Positions 46,554 through 57,153 of a stretch of 64,000 bases of DNA are shown piece after piece (position 1 is the first letter of the stretch; every line of letters starts with the position of its first letter). The notes below the pieces were generated by a model. The model saw only the letters and a list, made by a program, of their open reading frames with translations, was not told the origin of the DNA and ran no database searches. Source of the stretch: a plasmid; the sequence record NZ_CP014128.2, one strand, 5' to 3'. The translations under genes and the position numbers were made by a program.

Positions 46554-47636
46554 ATGTCTGAAAAAACGGAAAAACCCACGGCGAAAAAGCTTCAGGATGC
46601 ACGTCGTAAAGGTCAGGTGTCGCAGAGTCAGGATGTTCCCAAACTGCTAATCTGCGCAGGGATTGTGGAAACCGTTTTGGCACTGGATGACGTCGGGATG
46701 CAAAAGCTGCAGGCGCTGATGATGTTACCCCTTGCACGCCTTAATCAGCCTTTTGAACTGGCCTTAAACGAAGTGGTTAGCAGCGCACTGGTACTGGTTA
46801 CCACCTTTTGCGGCCTGACAGTGGCAGTGGCGGTACTGCTGCGTATTATCGGTGGCTGGGTTCAGTATGGCCCCCTGTTTGCACCGGAAGCCCTGAAACC
46901 TGATTTTAACCGCCTCAATCCCATCAATCAGTTCAGGCAGATGTTTTCGGTAAAAAAACTGACCGACATGCTGAACAGCATGCTCAAAGCTGCTGCTATC
47001 TGTACCATTTTTTATCTGGTGCTCACGCCGGATCTCGAATCGCTTTCCAGACTGGCTTATGGCGATCTGGACAGCTTTTGGCCGGCGGTAGAGGTGATGC
47101 TGACGCGCGTGTCACGTCAGACATTGATGACGCTGCTGGTGCTGACCCTACTGGATTTTGGTCTGCAAAAATATTTTTTCCTCAAGCAACAGCGGATGAG
47201 TCATCAGGATATCCGTGATGAGCACAAACAGTCTGAGGGCGATCCGCATATGAAAGGCCACCGCCATGCGGTGGCGCATGAGTTGTTGAACGCTCCGGCG
47301 GCCCCGGTGAAAAGCAAACCGGTTGAGGAGGCTGACTTGCTGCTGGTCAACCCCACCCACTATGCGGTGGCGCTCTATTACCGCCCGGAGCGGACCCCAC
47401 TGCCGCGCATCATCTGTAAAGGCGAAGATAAGGATGCCCAGGCGCTGATCGCCAGGGCGCAGAAAGCCAATATCCCGGTGATCCGCTTTATCTGGCTGGC
47501 ACGAACGCTTTATTGCTCTGAGGAAGGCCAGATGATCCCCCGTCATACGTTGCAGGCGGTGGCGCAGGTTTATCGGGTGCTGCGTGAGCTGGACAATCAG
47601 ATAACCGATAAAGTGATCGAGCTGGAAGCGGAATAG
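46554..47636 (+). CDS. hrcU: HrcU (FlhB/YscU autoprotease switch)
   Basis: 360 aa with NPTH autocleavage motif (LLLVNPTHYAVAL). Confidence 0.9.
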   Translation: MSEKTEKPTAKKLQDARRKGQVSQSQDVPKLLICAGIVETVLALDDVGMQKLQALMMLPLARLNQPFELALNEVVSSALVLVTTFCGLTVAVAVLLRIIGGWVQYGPLFAPEALKPDFNRLNPINQFRQMFSVKKLTDMLNSMLKAAAICTIFYLVLTPDLESLSRLAYGDLDSFWPAVEVMLTRVSRQTLMTLLVLTLLDFGLQKYFFLKQQRMSHQDIRDEHKQSEGDPHMKGHRHAVAHELLNAPAAPVKSKPVEEADLLLVNPTHYAVALYYRPERTPLPRIICKGEDKDAQALIARAQKANIPVIRFIWLARTLYCSEEGQMIPRHTLQAVAQVYRVLRELDNQITDKVIELEAE

Positions 47637-47741
47637 CGGGAACTTTTGTTTGCCGCACACCACCTATATGCTAAATGAATCGGGCAGAGAGCCTGAAACA
47701 TGTCCGGTCAAACCACAGCACGCTTGTAAGGAATATGGCCA

Positions 47742-48188
47742 ATGAATATGACAATGACCGACACGCCACACCCTGATGATGTCAGTCAAATCCGCCAAAA
47801 ACTGATGGCGTTCAATGCACAACATGTTGATATTGGTCAGATAAAAGAAATCGCCGTTTTTCTCAATGACGCAGAAGGCAACAAAATTGCCGGACTGCTC
47901 GCCGTCACCTGGGGAAACTGGATGCATATTCATTTTTTATGGGTCGATGAGGCACAGCGAAGAACCGGCCACGGCGCCAGACTGTTGCAGGCGGCCGAAC
48001 AGGAAGCTATCGTACGTGGCTGTCAGCGCGTCTGTGTCGATACCTTCAGTTTTCAGGCGCGGGAATTCTATGAGAAACAGGGCTACCGGCTGCAAATGAC
48101 GCTGGAGCAGATGCCACAACATCATCGTCAGCATTATCTGGTTAAGCAGCTGGAATCTGCCAGTTGTGCGCTTTCCAGAAGTAATTAA
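47742..48188 (+). CDS. GNAT-family N-acetyltransferase
   Basis: 148 aa with acetyl-CoA-binding motif QRRTGHGARLL. SD AAGGAA. Confidence 0.65.
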   Translation: MNMTMTDTPHPDDVSQIRQKLMAFNAQHVDIGQIKEIAVFLNDAEGNKIAGLLAVTWGNWMHIHFLWVDEAQRRTGHGARLLQAAEQEAIVRGCQRVCVDTFSFQAREFYEKQGYRLQMTLEQMPQHHRQHYLVKQLESASCALSRSN

Positions 48189-48283
48189 CTGCAGCAGACA
48201 CGCAGTACAGGAGAATCCGGGCACTTCCCGGCTGCATAATAACCGGAAAAGCCGCCTGATAAGACAGGCTCAGAGGAATAAAT

Positions 48284-48667
48284 ATGTTTTGCAAACACTA
48301 TACTGTTGACCCGAACCATGTTGATTTTCAGGGCGTGGTCGATGGCCTTTACTACCCTTTCTATCTGGAGTGGGCACGTCATGCTTATATGGCCGAAGCG
48401 CTGGGTCTGAACCTGGAAGAGGAATTTAAACAGGGCCGTATTCATATGCTGCTGGCGTATACCCTCAGTTTCAGGAAAAGCCTGAAGGCAGGTGACGAAC
48501 TGGTGGTGACCTGTCAGCCGGTAAAAAATGAAAAACGCAGCCGTGTAAATTTTTTCCAGCAGATATTGGTTAACGATGTGGTGTATGCCGAAGCGACCTT
48601 CACCGCCACCTGTCTGACCAACGGCCGCCCCGGCGTCCCTCCCTGCCTTGCGGCAGTCCTCGAATAA
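48284..48667 (+). CDS. Hotdog-fold acyl-CoA thioesterase (4HBT/YbgC-like)
   Basis: 127 aa, MFCKHYTVDPNHVDFQGVVDGLYYPFYLEWARHAY... Confidence 0.6.
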   Translation: MFCKHYTVDPNHVDFQGVVDGLYYPFYLEWARHAYMAEALGLNLEEEFKQGRIHMLLAYTLSFRKSLKAGDELVVTCQPVKNEKRSRVNFFQQILVNDVVYAEATFTATCLTNGRPGVPPCLAAVLE

Positions 48668-48814
48668 TGAATCCTGAATACAAGGCACATCCACGCCTGT
48701 TTTCATATAATTGACAGATACTCCCTGGTAAAATATTCAGTTAACCCTGTGCCACACAGGTGAGCGTCAGGGTCAATGATGATCCGGGTTTCAGATCAGC
48801 GAGGGACAAGCCCG

Positions 48815-49330
48815 TTAATGCGCTTTTGGGAGGCCAAACTGGCCCAGTACCGGATCAACGTTATGATCAAAGCGCTTCTGCTCTTTGTGCTTATTGACCG
48901 CGCTGACGATAGAACTGATGCCAAAACCAATCGCTATCGCGCCATCAACTACCCAGCCCACCGGACCCGCTGCGGCACCTATGGTGCTGGCTGCGGCCAT
49001 CGCTGTACCTTCTCCGGCGACTATACCGACCGCACGTCCGGCCGCCATGCCCGCCATACGGCCAAAGCTGGCGGTAGTTTCGCTGCCGATGCTCTTAAGC
49101 GCAGTATCCACACCCAGTTTAGCCAGTTCGCTACTGCCATGGACGCCATCGTAGATCGCTTTCGCGGCCCCTGCTTTATTGCCGCTTGCTAGCATGCTGG
49201 ATACAGAGAAGAGGCCGACCACACCGGCGGCACTGCTCATGCCGGTTTTTATCAGACCTTTCATGCCGGTTGCCGCCCCCTCTTTATTCAGCGCGTTATC
49301 CACCGAACTCAGCATCTCTTTACCACTCAT
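48815..49330 (-). CDS. Gly/Ala-rich protein with glycine-zipper hydrophobic hairpin (function unknown)
   Basis: 171 aa. No signal peptide. Repeated GxxxG/AxxxA segments (RMAGMAAGRAVGIVAGEGTAMAAASTIGAAAGPVGWVVDGAIAIGFGISSIVSAV). Basic C-terminal tail. Confidence 0.45.
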   Translation of the reverse strand: MSGKEMLSSVDNALNKEGAATGMKGLIKTGMSSAAGVVGLFSVSSMLASGNKAGAAKAIYDGVHGSSELAKLGVDTALKSIGSETTASFGRMAGMAAGRAVGIVAGEGTAMAAASTIGAAAGPVGWVVDGAIAIGFGISSIVSAVNKHKEQKRFDHNVDPVLGQFGLPKAH

Positions 49331-49512
49331 TTTTTTTACATCACCAGAGATTGTGCGCCTTATTTTCTGACTTGAGTTCCATCTGGTTTTGCCAATCTAC
49401 CTTCAAGCCTATCGCTGCCCCCAAATCTTGAGTATTCCTCATCAGTGTCCTACCTTCAGACAGCGTCTGACAAAGCCTCACAATCACACTCGTCAGATCT
49501 ATCGGAGGCCCA

Positions 49513-50208
49513 ATGAGCAACACTATCAACCCCGAATCCTGTAGCGGCACCCTGTTTTTCGATGTGAATGAAACCCTTTTGTCCACCACCGAACTCAATC
49601 AGGCTGTCGCGCAGCGGCTTGGCAACAGGCCGGAGCGCGCCGAGGCCTGGTTTACCTCGCTGTTGCATCATTCACTGGTCGAGTCAGTGACCGGCAGCTG
49701 GCACAGCTTTGGCGATATTGCCGAAGCGGTACTGAAGATGACCGCTGCGCGTTATGACGTCACTCAGCCAGCTGACGCGACACCGCTGGCTGACATTATC
49801 GCCGCCATGCCCGCCCATTCTGACGTCGCTGCAGGACTGACTGCCCTGAAGCAGCAGGGTTTTACGCTGGTTGCGCTGACCAACTCTTCTGCCTCGCTGG
49901 CAGAAAAACAGCTCAGCTCAGCCGGACTGGGTCCGCTGTTCACTCGCATTCTCAGCGTGGAGGCGGTTCAGATTTATAAGCCCGATCTGAGAGTTTATCA
50001 GTGGGCAATGAAAGAGATGGGCAAGCCCGCCGCAGAGTGCATGATGGTGGCAGCGCATGGCTGGGATGTTGGCGGAGCAAAACAGGCAGGCATGAAAACC
50101 GCCTTCGTCAGCCGTCAGGGACAGGCACTTTATCCGCTGGCACCTGCACCTGATTTGATCGTCAGCGATATCCAGGCGCTGGCTGCACAGCTTAAACCGC
50201 TCGGCTGA
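49513..50208 (+). CDS. HAD-superfamily hydrolase (haloacid-dehalogenase type II-like)
   Basis: Motif I FFDVNETL. 231 aa. Confidence 0.6.
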   Translation: MSNTINPESCSGTLFFDVNETLLSTTELNQAVAQRLGNRPERAEAWFTSLLHHSLVESVTGSWHSFGDIAEAVLKMTAARYDVTQPADATPLADIIAAMPAHSDVAAGLTALKQQGFTLVALTNSSASLAEKQLSSAGLGPLFTRILSVEAVQIYKPDLRVYQWAMKEMGKPAAECMMVAAHGWDVGGAKQAGMKTAFVSRQGQALYPLAPAPDLIVSDIQALAAQLKPLG

Positions 50209-50245
50209 GCATAGTGCGCAGGGATTCCCGGTGAAACCCAGGCAT

Positions 50246-51775
50246 TCAGTCTGTCTGAGTTTCAAACGCCGATCTGACCGCTTCCACGATACGCCCGGAC
50301 AGCGTCGCATCGTCCAGCAACGGGAACGTTTTTTTAAGCTTGCCGGAAATCTGCCAGCCATTTTCCTTCAGCGAACGAATAATGCGACTCGCGTCCTGAT
50401 CGGGCATTTCAATGACTTCCTTCAGGCGCTGCTGTGCACGCTGAAATATCACCAGTACGCGCGCTTCATCAGCCATCTCTTTTCGGACGGTGTGCTCTAT
50501 AACTTTGCAGGTATAGAGCACATGCTCGGTTAAGTCGGGATAGCGCCAGGCGAAACGGGCATCCTCATAGTCGCTAAAACTGAAGTTGCTCAGCGTGCCA
50601 TCTTCATAGGTTTTCAGTTCGCCAAACCGATAGCAGCCTGCATAGCGCCGCATCAGCCGTTTCGAGAACACATCCAGCGTGCGGTCATAACCAACCCGAA
50701 AATCCATCGAACTGGTAATGGTGGCTGATACCGGCAGGATGACCCCATCCGGTATCGCCCCGTCACGAATCAGCGTGTCATTGATTAAAAACCGGTGGAT
50801 GCGGCCATTGCCATCGCGCATGGGGTGGATATAGACGAAGCCAAACGCTATAACCGCGGCACGGGCCAGTGGCGCGGCACCCTGTGTCGCCAGGTCAAAA
50901 GCTTTCAGGCCCTGCATGAAGCGGGGAACATCATCATAGTGTGGCGCAATATAGTGGACGATATCTTCACGCATTGTCGACTGCCCGACAAACACGGGTG
51001 AGCGGCGCAGGCCCAGTCCCAGTGCGTCCTGGCCAAGAATGCCCTGCTGTATGGTATGCAGACTGGCATTGCTGAGGGGATCGTCCAGCTGACCGCAATA
51101 CTGCGCAATCACGTGAGCAAAACGCTGAATGCGGTCGCCCTGGTCCGATTCTTTTTCAATCAGAAAACTGGCGCGTGACTCTTTAAATGTCAGCCAGCTG
51201 GCAGTGCGCATCAGAATATCTGCGCCAAAGGTGTTATCCAGATCGGTAAAAGCAACATTGAGATCGAACGCCAGCGCCTGCTCAACGGCCGCGGTCCTGC
51301 GTACCAGCGGGCAGAAATCCACCGATCCTGGCAGGTTATCATTGATGCGCCAGCGTCGGACGCGCTTCATGGTCGTTCGGGTCAGATACGCTTTGGATGA
51401 AATGGCCTCCACATAGCCGCCATTGGTGACATCCGGGACCTGCAGCGTGTTGCCGGTCAGCCATTCATAGAGAAAGCCAGCCCGGCGCGCATACTGCCCG
51501 AACGGCTCCTGACGGCACCACGCGTCCAGAGGTTTCGGGCCGACAGCGGTAAACAGGCGGGCAAAAAACTCCAGGTGAATCTCTTCGTATTTGAGGCCAA
51601 AGGCAAAGTGACCGGCAAAATCATCTTCCGGCTGATAGCCAGGTGGATAATGATTTTCCACCTGCCCCTGACTCTCATGATGAGAGCGTACCGTTCCAAT
51701 AGCTGACTTAACGCGTAATGGCTGCGCCAGTTTGATAGCATAACGTTCGCGCAGCGCGCTAAAGCCGACCAGCAT
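50246..51775 (-). CDS. Fic-domain protein (putative AMP-transferase)
   Basis: 509 aa with Fic motif HPMRDGNGRIHR (HxFx[D/E]GNGRxxR with Phe to Met). Confidence 0.7.
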   Translation of the reverse strand: MLVGFSALRERYAIKLAQPLRVKSAIGTVRSHHESQGQVENHYPPGYQPEDDFAGHFAFGLKYEEIHLEFFARLFTAVGPKPLDAWCRQEPFGQYARRAGFLYEWLTGNTLQVPDVTNGGYVEAISSKAYLTRTTMKRVRRWRINDNLPGSVDFCPLVRRTAAVEQALAFDLNVAFTDLDNTFGADILMRTASWLTFKESRASFLIEKESDQGDRIQRFAHVIAQYCGQLDDPLSNASLHTIQQGILGQDALGLGLRRSPVFVGQSTMREDIVHYIAPHYDDVPRFMQGLKAFDLATQGAAPLARAAVIAFGFVYIHPMRDGNGRIHRFLINDTLIRDGAIPDGVILPVSATITSSMDFRVGYDRTLDVFSKRLMRRYAGCYRFGELKTYEDGTLSNFSFSDYEDARFAWRYPDLTEHVLYTCKVIEHTVRKEMADEARVLVIFQRAQQRLKEVIEMPDQDASRIIRSLKENGWQISGKLKKTFPLLDDATLSGRIVEAVRSAFETQTD

Positions 51776-51922
51776 GCTGAATCCTTTATCAGTCGTCCTG
51801 AAACGATAACAAAAACGATTTTTATCACGAAAACGCTAATTTCGCTATTACGGCAGCATTAATTCCTGACCTAAAATGCTAATAAAAAGGATTGATGGTG
51901 CGAAAATAGTAATAAGAGGGCG

Positions 51923-52288
51923 TCAGCGCGTAACCATAATGCACAGCAACCCGATAACAATAATCGCCACGCCCGCCAGGCTATGCCAGCTGAACACCTC
52001 ATGGAATACCGGCACGCAGACCGCCACCAGCCAGACCAGCACGTAACTCAGGCTGAGCAGCGGATAGACCCGGCTCAGAGGAAAATAGTGCAGTGCCCGT
52101 ATCCAGCAAAGCATCGAGACACCATACGCACCCAGCCCGGCCAGCAGCAGCAAGACGGGCAGTATGGCAACAGCTGGCAGAGACACAATGCTGCTGGCAT
52201 CGGGCAGCCGCGGCATCGCCCAGCGCATCATCAGCTGTGCCGCTGAGACCAGCAGCACGCTGCAGGCGACCCACCCATACCCTTTCAT
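51923..52288 (-). CDS. arnF: ArnF, undecaprenyl-phosphate-aminoarabinose flippase subunit
   Basis: 121 aa, 4-TM SMR-like. Last gene of the arn operon. Confidence 0.7.
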   Translation of the reverse strand: MKGYGWVACSVLLVSAAQLMMRWAMPRLPDASSIVSLPAVAILPVLLLLAGLGAYGVSMLCWIRALHYFPLSRVYPLLSLSYVLVWLVAVCVPVFHEVFSWHSLAGVAIIVIGLLCIMVTR

Positions 52289-52605
52289 AGCTGACTCGCC
52301 ATCAGCGCCACACCCGTCACCACCAGCAGCGTGCCGGCAATCTGGCGCAGCGTTAACCGCTCACGCCAGAGAATGCGGCCGGCCAGCGCAACGAAAATGA
52401 AGTTAATGCTCAGCATCGGATAAGCCTGGCTGACAGGCACCCGCTGCAACACCAGCAGCCAGAGCAGCATCGCGACACCAAGCAGCAGCACGCTCGCGCC
52501 AATCCAGCTTAAGCGAATCCGGCGTGAAGTCGCGTGAGTCGCCTGTTTCTGGCACAGCTGCGCACTGCAGCTGAGCAGACTCACCAGCACAATCAGCAGC
52601 AGCAT
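52285..52605 (-). CDS. arnE: ArnE flippase subunit
   Basis: 106 aa, SMR-like, overlapping arnT and arnF. Confidence 0.7.
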   Translation of the reverse strand: MLLLIVLVSLLSCSAQLCQKQATHATSRRIRLSWIGASVLLLGVAMLLWLLVLQRVPVSQAYPMLSINFIFVALAGRILWRERLTLRQIAGTLLVVTGVALMASQL

Positions 52606-54272
52606 TACTTCATCTGACCGTAGTAAAGGCAGACCAGCCTGCCCTGCCGATAGACGGCGTCCGGCACCGGCACATCCTCACCGATATCACTGTGTGGTGA
52701 ATCAACCAGCAACAGCAGCGACACGCTTCCCGTGCGGCGATGATCGGCAAGCCAGCCGCCGAAGTCGGCCTGAGAGACAAAGCGGGACTGCGCATCCGGG
52801 TAGCTCAGCCCATATTCCAGCTCGCCTTTGGTGTCGTAGAAGCCAATATCGCTGCGCTGCAGATGCCAGGCGACGGCAGAGGCCACGCCGGGATTGTCCG
52901 CCAGGATAAAGCGGCTGGAGGCCAGACGCGCGCTGATCGTGGTAACAAAGTGCTGCGGCTGTTTAGCGTCGCGGATTTTATCGGGGATCGCCGTACCAAT
53001 AAGCAGTGCGACGCCCAGCGGGCAAAGCGCGGCCGCCAGCCAGCGGCGCTGTGAAGATCGGCAGCTGTATGCGCCCACCAGCCCCCAGATGAGAAATGCC
53101 AGCGCGCCCAGCACCAGCTTCAGCATCTCGTGCGTAGCGAACAACGGATGATGCGTCACGCTCCAGGGCGCCAGCACCAGCAGCACCGTTGCCAGGGTGA
53201 GAATGCCGAAAATCAGGTTAAGCCAGCCATTAACGGTTAATGCGCGCCCGGCCCGCTGCGCGGCGTTCAGCCCATAGTGCGCCATCAGCAGCGACAGCGG
53301 CACAAAACAGGGCAGGATATAAGTCGGCAGCTTGCCCTTTGCCAGGCTGAAAAACAGCAGCGGCATCACCGTCCAGCTCAGCAGATAGAGCGCGCCCGGA
53401 TGCTGCTGACGCTCGCGCCAGCCGGCCATTAACGCGCCCGGTAACAGCGCCAGCCACGGCAGTGTGCCCAGCAGCAGAACCGGCAGGTAATACCAGAACG
53501 GTGCTTTGTGCTGTGCATTCTCTTCTGCAAAGCGCTGGATATGCTCAACCCAGAAGAAGTAGTGCCAGAAATCGGGGGCCTGATGATAGATCGCCACCGC
53601 CCAGGGCGCGCTGATCGCTGCGGCTGAAAGCACCGCCAATGGCCCGAAGCAGAGCAGCTCCGGAAGTCTCTTGCGCCAGATCGCCCACGGCAGAATCGCC
53701 AGCACCGGAACCGCCAGTGCCAGAAAGCCTTTGGTCATAAATCCCATGCCACAGGCGAGACCCAGCAACAGATAGCCACCTACGCGGCCAGCGCGACCGG
53801 TGGCCTCCATCGCCAGCCAGAAGCTGCACATCGCCGCCGCCAGCCAGAGCATCAGCATGGGATCGAGCACCGCATAGGTGCCCACGCCGTAGACCAGCAG
53901 CGAACTGAGGAAAATCAGGGTGCCGACCGCGGCGGTGCGCGCCGAACCAAACAGCCGGCGGCCAAGCCAGAAGATCAGCGCAGCGGTGATCGCTGTGGAG
54001 AATATCGAACCCGCCCGCACGCCAAAATTGTTGTGGCCAAACAGCCACTGACCCAGCGAGTTAATCCAGTAACCCGCAATTGGTTTTTCAAAATAGCGCA
54101 GGCCAAAGAAGTGCGGTGTGATCCAGTTACCGGTCGCCAACATCTCCCGGCTGATCTCCGCATAGCGGGTCTCATCCGGTTGCCAGAGATCGCGGAACAC
54201 TGGCGGGATAAGGTAATAGAGAATAAAGAAGCTGAAAAAAAGCACCCACTTCGTGTTGTTACGTATCCGCAC
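52605..54272 (-). CDS. arnT: ArnT, L-Ara4N transferase to lipid A
   Basis: 555 aa. WQPDETRYAEISREMLA..., near-colinear with E. coli ArnT. Confidence 0.9.
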   Translation of the reverse strand: MRIRNNTKWVLFFSFFILYYLIPPVFRDLWQPDETRYAEISREMLATGNWITPHFFGLRYFEKPIAGYWINSLGQWLFGHNNFGVRAGSIFSTAITAALIFWLGRRLFGSARTAAVGTLIFLSSLLVYGVGTYAVLDPMLMLWLAAAMCSFWLAMEATGRAGRVGGYLLLGLACGMGFMTKGFLALAVPVLAILPWAIWRKRLPELLCFGPLAVLSAAAISAPWAVAIYHQAPDFWHYFFWVEHIQRFAEENAQHKAPFWYYLPVLLLGTLPWLALLPGALMAGWRERQQHPGALYLLSWTVMPLLFFSLAKGKLPTYILPCFVPLSLLMAHYGLNAAQRAGRALTVNGWLNLIFGILTLATVLLVLAPWSVTHHPLFATHEMLKLVLGALAFLIWGLVGAYSCRSSQRRWLAAALCPLGVALLIGTAIPDKIRDAKQPQHFVTTISARLASSRFILADNPGVASAVAWHLQRSDIGFYDTKGELEYGLSYPDAQSRFVSQADFGGWLADHRRTGSVSLLLLVDSPHSDIGEDVPVPDAVYRQGRLVCLYYGQMK

Positions 54273-55174
54273 TAGTTCGCCTCTTCAGTCAGTTGCTGGC
54301 AACCCAGCCACCCTTCCCGTCCGGGGATTTCACCTCTGACGACCCTGCCCACCGGTAACGTACTCAGATCGTCGGGCAGCAGCTCGCCTAACGGACAGAA
54401 CTGAATGCCGTTACGTTCTGCAGCATCCAGCAGCCGGTCAAAGTCCGGGTAGCCGATGATCCCCTCGATTTCGGCATGTATGGTGTAAACCGCGCCCTCA
54501 TCAGACGCGAGCATCTTCGCCAGAATGTAGTCGTTATAGCCTGCTGCGCTGACCTCGCGGCCAACCACTTCATCCCATGTGGGCAGCGTCACCGGGATCT
54601 GCACCGTGCCGATCTGCCCATCAGGCAGCAGGGGCCGGAACGGGCCGCTGCCGCGACAGTCGCTGTTGTAGTGAAAGCCGAAGTCCTGCTTGGCGGCGAT
54701 CACCCGGCCATCGGCGCGCCAGCCTGCAACGGCTGAGCAGTTGACCGGGTGACCGAGGATTTCACTTAGCGTCTCGGTGCCGCGCGCTATCTGTTCAACC
54801 AGCTTATCCTGCGGCCAGACGCCCGCCCAGGTCTGCCAGGCAAAATGGTCCCAGGCGTGCAGACCAACTTCATGCTGACGGGTGGCGTCCTGCATGATTT
54901 GCCGCAGGCCGCGTCCCATCAGCTTTCCCGGCCAGGCCGTGCCGGCGAGCAGGATGTCCCAGCCATAGAGCGATGCGGCGCGGGAACGCAGCATCTTCAT
55001 GAGAAATGCCGGTTTCACCAGCCGCCAGAGATGGCGGCCCATGTTGTCCGGTCCCACGCTGAAGAAAAAGCTGCCCCGCACCGCATGACGCCGGAACAGC
55101 TCAAGCAGCGCCGGCACCCCCTGCTTCGTGCCGCGCCAGGTATCTACGTCAATCCGCAGACCGATCTTCTTCAT
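54272..55174 (-). CDS. arnD: ArnD, Ara4FN-undecaprenyl-phosphate deformylase
   Basis: [27 protein letters not shown]..., polysaccharide-deacetylase fold. ATG 55174 overlaps the arnA stop. Confidence 0.85.
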   Translation of the reverse strand: MKKIGLRIDVDTWRGTKQGVPALLELFRRHAVRGSFFFSVGPDNMGRHLWRLVKPAFLMKMLRSRAASLYGWDILLAGTAWPGKLMGRGLRQIMQDATRQHEVGLHAWDHFAWQTWAGVWPQDKLVEQIARGTETLSEILGHPVNCSAVAGWRADGRVIAAKQDFGFHYNSDCRGSGPFRPLLPDGQIGTVQIPVTLPTWDEVVGREVSAAGYNDYILAKMLASDEGAVYTIHAEIEGIIGYPDFDRLLDAAERNGIQFCPLGELLPDDLSTLPVGRVVRGEIPGREGWLGCQQLTEEAN

Positions 55175-57153
55175 CACTTATCAGCCTGTTGCTCGACGGT
55201 GCGCAGGAAGAAGTCGAGCGTGTTGTCGATAGTGACATCCATCGTGACGGTCGGCGTCCAGCCCAGCAAACGACGCGCATGGCGGATAGCGGGTTTGCGG
55301 TGCTCCACATCCTGATAGCCTTTTCCGTAGTAGCTGCTGCTCTCCACTTCCCGGAAACCGGCAAACGGCGGGAACTGGCTGCGCAGCGGATGACGCTCGA
55401 AGCTTTCCAGCAGCTGCTCGGCCAGCTCTTTGATACTGGCTTCGTTGTCCGGGTTACCGATATTGATGATCTGACCATCACAATTCTGCTGCTTGTTTTC
55501 GATAATGCGGAACAGCGCTTCCACACCATCCTGAATATCGGTAAAGCAGCGCTTCTGTTTGCCGCCGTCGATCAGCTTAATCGGCGAACCTTCTACCAGG
55601 TTGAGGATCAGCTGAGTGATCGCACGGGAGCTGCCGATGCGTGCCGCATTGAGGTTATCCAGACGCGGTCCCATCCAGTTGAAGGGACGGAACAGGGTAA
55701 AACGCAGCCCCTCATTTTCGCCATATGCCCAGATCACGCGGTCCAGCAGCTGTTTGGATACGGAGTAGATCCAGCGCTGTTTGTTGATCGGCCCGACCAC
55801 CAGATTAGAGGTATCCTCATCGAAGCTGGCATCGGTACACATGCCGTAGACCTCAGAGGTAGACGGGAAAATGATGCGCTTCTGATACTTCACGCAGTCG
55901 CGAATGATTTTCAGGTTCTCTTCGAAATCGAGTTCAAACACGCGCAGTGGGTTGCGGGTGTACTCAATCGGCGTCGCAATCGCCACCAGCGGCAGGATGA
56001 CGTCACATTTTTTGATGTGATACTCAATCCATTCGGAGTGAATAGCGATATCCCCTTCGACGAAATGGAAGCGCGGATGTTCCAGGAAGCGGCTGATAGC
56101 GTCTGAACTGATATCCAAGCCGTAGACTTCGAAATGTTCATCCTGTAGCAACCGCTCGGTGAGATGGTTACCGATAAAGCCGTTAACGCCGAGGATTAGC
56201 ACGCGGGTACGGCGTTGCAGCACCGACTGCGGCTGTGAATAGAGCAGTGCGCCTGGCACCATGCCCAGGCTCTGCGCCAGCTGGCTACCGTTCATATAGA
56301 CGCCATGCTCAGACTGTCCGGTCTGGATTTCCAGTGCACCTCCGCCGCAGGCGATCAGGAACGGCTGTTTAGAGATGACAGTGCCCGGTTTCGTCTGCTG
56401 CTGCTGCGGATGAACCCGGCTCTTCCAGACGATAAATTTAACCGAACCGGCAAAGGCGAATGCGCCAGGCCAGGGATCGGTGACCGCTCTGACCAGATTG
56501 TGAATCGTCGTAGCAGGCTGATTCCAGTCAATGCGGCCATCTTCGGCCGTGCGACCACCCACGCGGGTAGCCTGGCTCTCATCCTGTGGCCACTCACTGA
56601 CCTCACCCTGACGCAGGCGAGGCAATACGTCGCTCAGCAACTGCTCTGCGGCCTGGGTCAGCTTGCGGTGCAGCGTCAGCGCGTTGTCCTGATCGTCAAT
56701 AGCCACTTTCTGCTGCGCCAGAATATTACCGGCATCAGCGCGCTTCACCATGCGATGCAGCGTGACGCCGGTTTCTCGCTCGCCATTGACCAACGCCCAG
56801 TTCAGCGGTGCCCGGCCGCGGTATTTGGGCAGCAGGGAGCCATGCAGGTTAAAGGCCCCCTTCTGAGCGCATTCCAGGATCTCATCGCCCAGCAGATGAC
56901 GATAGTAGAAGGAGAAGATCATCTCTGGTGCCATGGTACGGATGCGGTCAAGCCAGATCGGATGATTCGCCTCGTCCGGCGCATAGACCGGAATGCCGTG
57001 CTCTGCCGCCAGGCGGGCTACCGAGCCGAAAAAGTTATTTTCGGTCGCCACGTCGTTATGCGTAAAAATGGCGGTGATCTCATAGCCTGCATTCAGCAGC
57101 GCATTGATGCCGACACAGCCCATGTCGTGATAGGCGAAAACAACGGTCTTCAT
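55174..57153 (-). CDS. arnA: ArnA, bifunctional UDP-GlcA decarboxylase / UDP-Ara4N formyltransferase
   Basis: 659 aa. [32 protein letters not shown]... Confidence 0.9.
   Translation of the reverse strand: MKTVVFAYHDMGCVGINALLNAGYEITAIFTHNDVATENNFFGSVARLAAEHGIPVYAPDEANHPIWLDRIRTMAPEMIFSFYYRHLLGDEILECAQKGAFNLHGSLLPKYRGRAPLNWALVNGERETGVTLHRMVKRADAGNILAQQKVAIDDQDNALTLHRKLTQAAEQLLSDVLPRLRQGEVSEWPQDESQATRVGGRTAEDGRIDWNQPATTIHNLVRAVTDPWPGAFAFAGSVKFIVWKSRVHPQQQQTKPGTVISKQPFLIACGGGALEIQTGQSEHGVYMNGSQLAQSLGMVPGALLYSQPQSVLQRRTRVLILGVNGFIGNHLTERLLQDEHFEVYGLDISSDAISRFLEHPRFHFVEGDIAIHSEWIEYHIKKCDVILPLVAIATPIEYTRNPLRVFELDFEENLKIIRDCVKYQKRIIFPSTSEVYGMCTDASFDEDTSNLVVGPINKQRWIYSVSKQLLDRVIWAYGENEGLRFTLFRPFNWMGPRLDNLNAARIGSSRAITQLILNLVEGSPIKLIDGGKQKRCFTDIQDGVEALFRIIENKQQNCDGQIINIGNPDNEASIKELAEQLLESFERHPLRSQFPPFAGFREVESSSYYGKGYQDVEHRKPAIRHARRLLGWTPTVTMDVTIDNTLDFFLRTVEQQADK

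Noticed and set aside
48776-49192. 138-aa plus-strand ORF overlapping the Gly-rich gene
   Set aside because: It is fully antisense to the better-supported minus-strand ORF and has no SD. Considered briefly as a colicin-style immunity gene but there is no supporting signal.
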